Source: Deltaproteobacteria bacterium
GTDB taxonomy: Bacteria > Myxococcota_A > Polyangia > Polyangiales > Houyiibacteriaceae
NCBI GenBank assembly: GCA_004283055.1
Contig: SHLP01000006.1
Location: 5,131-69,130 of the forward strand
Direction of reading: 5' to 3'
Length of the DNA: 64,000 nucleotides
The notes below the pieces were generated by a model. That model had not been told where the DNA came from. It did not search any database and worked only from the letters and a program-made list of their open reading frames with translations. This document shows positions 55,250 through 64,000 of this stretch, one piece after another; position 1 is the stretch's first letter; each line of letters opens with the position of its first letter. Position numbers and translations under genes: made by a program.

Positions 55250-56659
55250 TCAAGAAAGGAGCAAGCTCCTCGGGTCCGTGACTTCGCCTTTGACCGCAGA
55301 TGCGGCGGCGGTCAGAGGGGAGGCCAGGAAGGTTCGGCCGCCTTTGCCCTGGCGTCCTTCGAAGTTGCGGTTCGAAGTGCTGACGGCATATTGCCCCGGC
55401 TCGAGGTTGTCACCGTTCATCGCGATGCACATCGAGCAACCGGGCTCACGCCATTCTGCCCCCGCGTCTTTGAAAATCTGGTCGAGCCCTTCGGCTTCCG
55501 CCTGCTTTTTGATGTCGTGAGAGCCTGGCACGACGAGTGTTCGCACTCCGTCCGCCACCTTCCGTCCGCTAAATACGCCGGCTGCCATGCGAAGGTCGCT
55601 GATTCGCGAGTTGGTGCAGGAGCCGATGAACACTACGTCGATCCTCTTTCCTAGTAGGGGCTGTCCCGGCTGCAGGTTCATGTACCCCATGGCTTTCTCG
55701 AATGCGGCCTGCTGGGACGCATCTTCGAAACGCTCTCTGGTCGGCACGGGCTCGCTGATCTGCATGCCCATTCCGGGGTTGGTTCCGTACGTGATCATCG
55801 GCTCGAGCTTGTTGGCGTCGATGACGACCGTCTTGTCGAAGGTCGCGCCTTCGTCGGTGCGGAGCTGCCTCCAGCGTTCGACCGCCGCGTCCCAATCTGC
55901 CCCCCGAGGCACGTGGTCACGCCCCTCGAGGTACTCGAATGTGGTTTCATCGGGGCCGATCATGCCAGCACGCGCGCCCGCCTCGATGCTCATGTTGCAG
56001 ACCGTCATCCGACCTTCCATGTCCAAGGACCGGATCGCGGAGCCGGTGAATTCGATCACGTGCCCGGTGCCGCCCCCCGTACCGATTTCGGCGCAAAGCG
56101 CCAAAATAATGTCCTTGGCTGTGACGCCCGGCATGAGCTGACCCTCGACTCGGACTTCGAGGGTTTTCGCCTTCCGCTGCAAGAGGCACTGCGTAGCCAA
56201 AACATGCTCCACCTCGCTCGTTCCGATACCAAACGCCAGGGCGCCAAACGCCCCATGGGTCGACGTATGGCTATCCCCGCAAACGATGGTCTTGCCGGGT
56301 TGCGTGAAGCCGCGCTCCGGCCCGATGACGTGCACGATCCCGTTCCGGCTGTCACCAAGCGCGTAAAGCTCGATGCCAAAGTCCTTGCAGTTGCGCTCCA
56401 ATTGTCCGAGCTGTGCCTTCGCCTGGTCGTCGATGACCCACAGTGCTTTGGGCAGCGTCGGGGTCGAGTGGTCCATCGTTGCAATGGTCTTATCGGGGCG
56501 CCGAACCTCGATGCCTCGCTCTCGAAGGCCGGTGAAGGCCTGCGGCGACGTAACCTCGTGGATGAGATGCAGGTCGATGTAGAGAACAGCCGGACTGTCC
56601 GGCTCCTCGACGACTACGTGCTCGTCCCAGACTTTTTGAAATAGTGTTCTTGGTTGCAT
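55250..56659 (-). CDS. leuC: 3-isopropylmalate dehydratase large subunit
   Basis: 469 aa. [32 protein letters not shown] and GSCTNSR motifs. Confidence 0.9.
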   Translation of the reverse strand: MQPRTLFQKVWDEHVVVEEPDSPAVLYIDLHLIHEVTSPQAFTGLRERGIEVRRPDKTIATMDHSTPTLPKALWVIDDQAKAQLGQLERNCKDFGIELYALGDSRNGIVHVIGPERGFTQPGKTIVCGDSHTSTHGAFGALAFGIGTSEVEHVLATQCLLQRKAKTLEVRVEGQLMPGVTAKDIILALCAEIGTGGGTGHVIEFTGSAIRSLDMEGRMTVCNMSIEAGARAGMIGPDETTFEYLEGRDHVPRGADWDAAVERWRQLRTDEGATFDKTVVIDANKLEPMITYGTNPGMGMQISEPVPTRERFEDASQQAAFEKAMGYMNLQPGQPLLGKRIDVVFIGSCTNSRISDLRMAAGVFSGRKVADGVRTLVVPGSHDIKKQAEAEGLDQIFKDAGAEWREPGCSMCIAMNGDNLEPGQYAVSTSNRNFEGRQGKGGRTFLASPLTAAASAVKGEVTDPRSLLLS

Positions 56660-56667
56660 GATCTTCG

Positions 56668-58308
56668 TTACGCAGCGCTTCCCGCTGCCTTGCTCTCGGG
56701 TTGCTTGGCTTCTCTGATCGCGAGGATGCGGTTGATGGCCGCCAGGTAGGCCTTGGCGCTGGCGACGATGACGTCGGTGTGCGCGCCGTGGCCGTGAAAC
56801 ACGCGAGCTCGGGTGTGAGCGTACTGAGGATTGATCTTGTCGGGTTCGGCGTCGCTTTGCTCATCGGGCGCTACCCGAACGCTCACTTCGCCGAGGGCGT
56901 CGATCCCCTCCGTCACAGATTGGACGGTGTACTCGATCAACGTGGCGGGGACGTGAACCAGCGACTGGATGGCCTTGTACACTGCGTCGACGGGGCCGGT
57001 ACCCACCTCCGCTGCCGTGTGGCTGACTCCGTCGGGCCCGGTGAGCCTGACCGTCGCGGTCGGCATTCCGGTGCCACAGCCAACCTGGATTGCGTCGAGT
57101 CGCCAGAATTCCTCGGGCTGGTAGAGCTCGTCGCTGACCAGCGCCAACAAATCGGCGTCTGTGATGAGCTTCTTCTTGTCGGCAAGCTTCTTGAAGCGTG
57201 CAAACGCCTTGTCGAGCCCGTCGCCCGAGATCGGGTAGCCCAGCTCCACCAAGCGGTTTGCGAACGCATGCCGGCCGGAATGCTTGCCAAGTACGAGCTG
57301 CGTCTGTCCGGCGCCCACCGTCTCGGGACGCATGATCTCGTACGTCTCTTCGTGCTTGAGCATTCCGTCCTGGTGGATGCCGGCTTCGTGCGCAAACGCG
57401 TTGGCGCCTACGATGGCCTTGTTCGGCTGCACCATCATGCCCGTCACCTTGCTGACCAGACGGCTCGCGCGGGTGAGTTGCGTGGTGTCAACCTTGGTTT
57501 CGATCGAGTAGAGATCGCGTCGCACGTGGAGCGCCATGACGACCTCTTCGAGTGATGCGTTCCCCGCTCGCTCACCGATGCCGTTGATCGCTACTTCGAC
57601 CTGACGTGCCCCGTGCTGGACGGCCGACAAGCTGTTGGCCACGGCCAAGCCGAGATCGTTGTGGCAATGGACGCTGATCACCGCCTTCTCGATCCCAGGG
57701 ACGTTTTCCCGAAGCAATGCGATCCGCCCGCCGAACTCCTCCGGAATCGTATACCCGACCGTGTCCGGGATGTTCAGCGTACGCGCACCGGCCTCGATTG
57801 CGGCCTGCAGGGCTTCGTACAGGAAATCCATCTCCGTTCGGCCGGCGTCCTCGGGGCTGAACTCGACATCGTCACAGAAGCTGCGCGCGTACGCGACCAT
57901 CTCGCCAATCTTGGCGAGCACTTGATCGCGGCTCATCCGCAGCTTGTGCTCACGATGGATCGGAGAGGTCGCGAGGAAAGTGTGGATCCGGCCATGCTTA
58001 GCCGGGGCGACCGCTTCGGCAGCCTTCTCGATATCGGGTTTGTGAGCTCGCGCCAGGCTACAAATCATTGGCGGCTCGGAAGACGCCCGACCCTCGACGC
58101 CGGTCACGCCCACGGCCTCGGCGATTGTCTTCACCGCCCGCAGGTCGTCGGGCGAAGCGGCCGCAAAGCCCGCTTCGATGATGTCCACTCCCAGTCGCGA
58201 TAGGGTCTTCGCCACCTCTAGCTTTTCCGACGAGGTCATCGTAGCGCCAGGTGATTGCTCTCCGTCTCGGAGGGTTGTGTCGAAGATCCGTACGTGATCG
58301 GGTTGCAT
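56668..58308 (-). CDS. leuA: 2-isopropylmalate synthase
   Basis: 546 aa. [14 protein letters not shown] and [13 protein letters not shown] motifs. Confidence 0.9.
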   Translation of the reverse strand: MQPDHVRIFDTTLRDGEQSPGATMTSSEKLEVAKTLSRLGVDIIEAGFAAASPDDLRAVKTIAEAVGVTGVEGRASSEPPMICSLARAHKPDIEKAAEAVAPAKHGRIHTFLATSPIHREHKLRMSRDQVLAKIGEMVAYARSFCDDVEFSPEDAGRTEMDFLYEALQAAIEAGARTLNIPDTVGYTIPEEFGGRIALLRENVPGIEKAVISVHCHNDLGLAVANSLSAVQHGARQVEVAINGIGERAGNASLEEVVMALHVRRDLYSIETKVDTTQLTRASRLVSKVTGMMVQPNKAIVGANAFAHEAGIHQDGMLKHEETYEIMRPETVGAGQTQLVLGKHSGRHAFANRLVELGYPISGDGLDKAFARFKKLADKKKLITDADLLALVSDELYQPEEFWRLDAIQVGCGTGMPTATVRLTGPDGVSHTAAEVGTGPVDAVYKAIQSLVHVPATLIEYTVQSVTEGIDALGEVSVRVAPDEQSDAEPDKINPQYAHTRARVFHGHGAHTDVIVASAKAYLAAINRILAIREAKQPESKAAGSAA

Positions 58309-58346
58309 GATTCATTCTCCCGACGCCGCCTGAGGCGACGCCTGAC

Positions 58347-59928
<1,582 letters not shown>

Positions 59929-59929
<1 letters not shown>

Positions 59930-61701
59930 TAGCTGTCCTCTCCGGTTTCGAAAATTGGGTTGTGCTCCGGCTCACCCGGTTTGCCGGGCCGCTGAATCAT
60001 CTTGTCGAGGTCGGCTCCGGCCGGCACCATCGGGTACACGGCGTCCTCCTGCTCCACGCGGAAGTCGATGACGACGGTACCCTCCGTGGCCTCCGCCTGG
60101 CGAACGGCTGCTTCGACCTCCGACCGTTTCTCCACGCGAACGCCCGTTAGACCGTGTGCTTCCGCGAGCTTCACGAAGTCCGGGCTGAGTAGGGGCGTCG
60201 CCACGTAGCGTCCGCCGTAGAAGAACTGCTGCCACTGACGCACCATGCCGAGAAAGCCATTGTTGATGATGGCGATGTTGACTTTGACGCCCTCTTGGGC
60301 ACAGGTGGACAGCTCTGCGGCCGTCATTTGAAATCCACCGTCGCCGCAGACTACCCAAACGGACTCGTTGGGCTCGGCGAATTTCGCGCCGATGGCGGCG
60401 GGCAAAGCAAAGCCCATCGTTCCGAGCCCTCCCGAGGTGAGCAACTTCCGCGGGTAGTCGTGCTTGTAGTATTGGGCTTCCCACATCTGATGTTGGCCGA
60501 CGTCCGTGACGACGAGCGCTTTGCCTTCGGTGAACCGGTAGAGGTCGTGGATCACGTGGGCGGCGTAGAGCTTTCCGAGATCGGGAAGGTTCTTGATGTC
60601 CCGGACGGCCGATCCGCCTTTGCTTTCATCGATGTAGGCGAGCCATTCCGGGCGGTCGCAGCGTCCGACGAGAGGCGTGAGTGCCTCGAGGACCTCACGC
60701 GCATCGCCGACGATCGGCACGTCGACGCGAACGTTCTTGTTGATCTCCGCCGGGTCGAGCTCGATGTGAATTTTCTTGGCGTTTTGCGCGTAGGTCTTGA
60801 GGTTGCCCGTGACCCGGTCATCGAAGCGCATTCCGACCGCGATGATCAAATCAGCGTCTTGGATGGCCTGGTTGACCCAGGTCTCTCCGTGCATGCCCAT
60901 CATGCCGAGGTTTCGCTCATGGGTTGCTGGAAAACCACCGAGGCCCAGCAGGGTGCAGGCCACCGGAATGTTCGTCGTTTCGACGAACCTCGTGAGGCTC
61001 TCCGTTGCCTGTGCCTTGATGACCCCATACCCCGAGAACAGAATCGGACGCTTCGCGTTCTTGATGAGATCGACGGCGTCGTCGAGCTGATCCGCCAGCG
61101 GCGCGTAGTCGGGACGGTAGCCCGGGAGCTCGATCTCTTCGTCGCTCCACTCGAATACACAGGATTTCTGCTGTGCGTCCTTGGTGATGTCGACGACGAC
61201 TGGTCCGGGGCGGCCGGAACGGGCGATGTAAAAGGCCTCGCGAATCGTCGGGGCGATTTGCTCGGGTTCGGTCACCAGGTAGTTGTGCTTGGTTACCGGG
61301 ATGGTGCAGCCGGTGATGTCGGTTTCCTGGAATGCGTCGCTGCCGATGAGGTGCGAGGGGACCTGCCCAGTGATGCAGACCATCGGAATCGAATCGAGCA
61401 TGGCGGTCGCGATCCCAGTGACCAGGTTCGTGGCGCCCGGACCCGAGGTTGCGATGCAAACGCCGACCTGTCCCGAGGCGCGGGCGTACCCATCGGCCAT
61501 GTGCGAGGCGCCTTGCTCGTGGCGCGTCAGCACGTGGTGAATGGGGTATTCGGTCATCGCGTCGTAGGCCGGCATGATCGCGCCGCCCGGATACCCGAAG
61601 CAGACCTCGACCCCCTCGCGTACGAGCGCTTCCCAAATGATCTGAGATCCGGAGAGCGATTCGCCGATGCGATTTTTGAGCTTGGGATTGGCGGGTGTCA
61701 C
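59929..61701 (-). CDS. ilvB: Acetolactate synthase large subunit
   Basis: The start was set at GTG 61701, preceded by AAGGAG with a 6-nt spacer. FGYPGG and the ThDP motif GGLGTMGFALPAAIGA...GDGGF. Confidence 0.9.
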
Positions 61702-61893
61702 GAGGTTCTCCTTCGGTGCTGGCTGGCTCCAACTAGTTGATTTGAGGCGGTATTCAAGCGCCAGACGCCCCACGAGAAAGGCGCCGGGTCGATCACCGAC
61801 CGGGCGCCCCTTCCGAAGACGAATTTCGTCGTGCCCGACGGATGCCAGCTCGCTGTAGTTTTGCGTTTTGAGTGTCTATTCATGGGTCTAAGG

Positions 61894-61928
61894 AAACAAA
61901 AAAGCCCCCGCATGCTCGATGCGAGGGC
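61894..61928 (-). terminator. Intrinsic terminator (attenuator) in the ilvB leader
   Basis: The minus-strand RNA is GCCCUCGCAU-CGAGC-AUGCGGGGGC followed by UUUUUUGUUU. That gives a 10-bp stem (one G-U pair) and a 5-nt loop. Confidence 0.75.
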
Positions 61929-61972
61929 CAGAAACGGAGTGGGTTGGTCTGTGGGTTGGTTCTGGTCCCCGC

Positions 61973-62092
61973 CTATGCCTGCGTAACGAGCAGGAGGCTA
62001 ATAATGAGGCCGACTACGACTACAACGGACCCGACGATGCCCGCGCGAAGCGCGTCCACCGGGTGATTGATAGCGATCGACTCACGAACCAT
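61973..62092 (-). CDS. Candidate ilv-leu leader peptide (39 aa): MVRESIAINHPVDALRAGIVGSVVVVVGLIISLLLVTQA
   Basis: Translated codon by codon from the minus strand. 19 of 39 residues are Ile/Val/Leu, with a run IVGSVVVVVGLIISLLLV using GTA, GTT and ATT codons. The stop lies 3 nt before an antiterminator arm. Confidence 0.55.
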   Translation of the reverse strand: MVRESIAINHPVDALRAGIVGSVVVVVGLIISLLLVTQA

Positions 62093-62101
62093 TACCACCC
62101 C

Positions 62102-62130
62102 ATTCTGCGGCCAACCTCCGCCAGGGTCAA
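62102..62130 (-). promoter_or_regulatory. Sigma70-like promoter candidate for the ilv leader (TTGACC-17 nt-CAGAAT)
   Basis: On the minus strand, -35 is at 62130-62125 and -10 at 62107-62102. The leader ATG follows 9 nt after the -10, so the 5' UTR would be very short. Confidence 0.4.
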
Positions 62131-62176
62131 GAGGGGCGCTCGCGACCGCCTCAAGCCAACGGAATCACCTGCTTTC

Positions 62177-63775
62177 TCAGCGTTCGTCCCAGTCGACGGC
62201 GAGGGTCTGCTCGATGGGGCTCGCGATCAGGGGCTCCGAGCGCCGCTCGATTTGGTCGACGAACACGTCCCACCAGGCCTCGGCGTCGGCGCGGGTCCAT
62301 TGGCCGGCCGCAAGTTGATCGAGAGCGTCAGCGAGCTCTTGTGCGGAGGCTGGCCTCTTGGCCTGATCCTTTTCCAAGCAAGCCATGATGAGTGCCTCGA
62401 GCCCTTCGGGGATCTCGAGCGGCGACGCTTCCGAGAGCGGAGTCGGCTTGGTGTGAACGTGGTGAAGGCAGACCTCCATGATCGTCTTCCCATTGAAGAC
62501 GTGGCGGCCTGACAAAAGGTAGTATCCAACTGCACCTAGGGCGTAGATGTCGGTGCGCGCGTCGATGGCCTGCGGTTCCTGGATCGCTTCGGGGCTCAAG
62601 TAGTGAGGCGTACCCTTGATCGACAGGGTGTTGGTTTTCTCGAGGTCGTCGACCTTGCCGAGATTCTTCACGAGGCCGAAATCCAAAACTTTGGTCACAT
62701 CGCGCACGCCGCCCTGGCGCGCGAGCATGACGTTGCTCGGTTTGATGTCGCGATGAATCAAGCCCACCTCGTGCGCTTCATTGAGCGCAAGCGCCGCGTC
62801 TCGAAGGATGCGTACGACCCGCTCGACCGGCTGCGGACCGCCCGCCTGGACCACTTGGGTAAGGGTCGCCCCGTCGAGCAGCTCCATGGCGTAGTAGAAG
62901 AGCCCGTCTGGCGTCCTGCCGTAGTCGTAGATGGTGACGGTGTTCGGGTGGGTGAGCTTTGCGGTTAGCTGCACTTCGCGACGGAAGCGCTCGAGGGCCT
63001 CCGCGTCCGCAATCTCCGGACGCAAGAGCTTGATGGCGGTCGGTCGTTTCAACATGCCGTGCTGCGCCTCGTAGACGACTCCCATCGCGCCCTCGCCGAG
63101 CTTGCGGCGAAGATTGTATTGACCGAGGCTCTGGATGTCGCTCACCTCTTTGCGTAGGCGATGAATGACCCGGGACGCCAGCGCCGCCAGGCCGATGGTG
63201 AGCGTCCACCACATGAGCGTGATCACCGACTGCGCGGAGGCGACGCGCGGTTTCGACTCCGCGGGGTAGCCGAATACTCGCCAGATCCCGAGGTCAATGC
63301 TCAGGTAGTGATAGTACATCGCTGCCACCAGCGGGATCCCGATCAGGATACCGAGAAACGTGGTGCGGAGGGCCGAGCTCGGGACGAAGACGCTCCGGGC
63401 GAACATCACGAGCGCCAAGATGAAGGCTGTGATCGTGTCGGCCCCGACCTCTGGTCGAATCTGCAGTCCCATGCCGATGTAGCAAATGCTGGTGAGGAAG
63501 ATGCCAGCGTTTTCGATTCCGTGAATCGTGTTGACCGAGAGGTTCCCGCGTCGGCAGATCAGCCAAACCGCCAGCATGGGAACGATCCCGGCGGCGTGGA
63601 TCAGGAAGCCGGGGTTGGTGACCTGGTCCTCGATGACCCCAAATAGAAGACCCAGGACCAGGCGAAACGCCAAGGCCGTGCCGCCCAGGGCAGCGCCGAT
63701 GAGGCCAAAGGTCGCAACGCGCCGCTGCAGAAAGGCGCGGGCTTCAGGATTTGCGAAGTAGGTGCTGCTGCTCAT
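62177..63775 (-). CDS. Hanks-type Ser/Thr protein kinase with an N-terminal polytopic membrane domain
   Basis: The start was set at ATG 63775 to avoid overlapping the upstream permease. There are about 6-7 hydrophobic helices, followed by GEGAMGVVYEA...AIKLL, HRDIKPSN and DFGL motifs. Confidence 0.8.
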   Translation of the reverse strand: MSSSTYFANPEARAFLQRRVATFGLIGAALGGTALAFRLVLGLLFGVIEDQVTNPGFLIHAAGIVPMLAVWLICRRGNLSVNTIHGIENAGIFLTSICYIGMGLQIRPEVGADTITAFILALVMFARSVFVPSSALRTTFLGILIGIPLVAAMYYHYLSIDLGIWRVFGYPAESKPRVASAQSVITLMWWTLTIGLAALASRVIHRLRKEVSDIQSLGQYNLRRKLGEGAMGVVYEAQHGMLKRPTAIKLLRPEIADAEALERFRREVQLTAKLTHPNTVTIYDYGRTPDGLFYYAMELLDGATLTQVVQAGGPQPVERVVRILRDAALALNEAHEVGLIHRDIKPSNVMLARQGGVRDVTKVLDFGLVKNLGKVDDLEKTNTLSIKGTPHYLSPEAIQEPQAIDARTDIYALGAVGYYLLSGRHVFNGKTIMEVCLHHVHTKPTPLSEASPLEIPEGLEALIMACLEKDQAKRPASAQELADALDQLAAGQWTRADAEAWWDVFVDQIERRSEPLIASPIEQTLAVDWDER

Positions 63776-63794
63776 GCCGGCATGCCCATCATGA

Positions 63795-64000
63795 CTAACT
63801 CCGGAGGTTGTAGCCACTGCGCAGCAGCGCGCTTGCTGCACCGAGGACTACGAAGAAGGACATCAGCACGACCGCGGCGCTGGTGACGGGAGAGACGTCC
63901 GCCACCCCGAGGAAGCCATACCGAAGCCCGTTGACCATGTAGAGCAGCGGGTTGAGACGACTCACCGTGTTCCAGGGCTCCGGGAGAAGATCGATCGAGT
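63795..64000 (-). CDS. ABC-2 type transporter permease, C-terminal fragment; 5' end lies outside the window
   Basis: The minus-strand translation ...LNPLLYMVNGLRYGFLGVADVSPVTSAAVVLMSFFVVLGAASALLLRSGYNLRS ends at TAG 63795-63797. It resembles YadH/NodJ-type C-termini. It is absent from the ORF track because it is truncated. Confidence 0.5.
   Translation of the reverse strand, partial: SIDLLPEPWNTVSRLNPLLYMVNGLRYGFLGVADVSPVTSAAVVLMSFFVVLGAASALLRSGYNLRS

Noticed and set aside
61698-61913. A 71-aa minus-strand ORF spanning the ilvB leader region downstream of the terminator.
   Set aside because: Its composition is Arg/Ser-rich with no ILV bias. It starts inside the terminator stem and runs into the ilvB SD and start. 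The 39-aa upstream ORF is the better leader candidate.

Overview
High-GC, densely coding bacterial chromosomal window. GC content was not computed. I saw no rRNA, tRNA, CRISPR array or prophage. Left to right:

1. The 3' end of metH and a serine hydrolase.
2. A coenzyme F420 cluster at 2.0-9.4 kb. It holds an LLM oxidoreductase, split cofG/cofH, and a convergent operon LLM-npdG-cofE-cofD-cofC joined by ATGA overlaps.
3. A lipid/steroid-type catabolic supercluster of about 39 kb (9.5-48.6 kb). It contains 6 acyl-CoA dehydrogenases in 3 coupled pairs, 6 classical SDRs plus one atypical SDR/epimerase and one MDR reductase, 3 acyl-CoA synthetases and 2 true thiolases. It also carries echA20-ipdA-ipdB-ipdC-like genes, SCP2, a tandem-DUF35 protein with two Cys-less thiolase-like proteins, a KshA-like Rieske oxygenase, an HsaA-like monooxygenase and a hydratase/aldolase/acetaldehyde dehydrogenase trio. 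One TetR regulator is present. rlmKL interrupts the cluster.
4. A small accessory patch (48.6-50.2 kb) with a DJ-1/PfpI gene and a RAYT (IS200-like Y1 transposase) flanked by a REP-like repeat family. That family also forms a 142-bp REPIN at 16.3 kb.
5. Malic enzyme and a long ilvBNC-leuA-leuCD-cimA-leuB operon on the minus strand.
6. A membrane-anchored Ser/Thr kinase and the 3' end of an ABC-2 permease.

Signals not visible in the ORF track:
- Five KstR-consensus palindromes (TnnAACnnGTTnnA) sit in front of five transcription units. One of them is the F420 biosynthesis operon.
- A 39-codon Ile/Val/Leu-rich leader ORF with antiterminator and terminator hairpins lies upstream of ilvB.
- Five copies of a ~65-nt REP unit are present, and their ends coincide with gene boundaries.
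- The IpdC-like enzyme carries a ~120-aa Lys/Ala/Pro-rich tail.
- Two paralogous small proteins of unknown function are embedded in the catabolic operons.

The most interesting hypothesis is that a steroid-type (KstR-like) regulon controls F420 supply, in a genome whose other features do not look actinobacterial.

All protein family calls come from reading the translations by eye. No database search was run.
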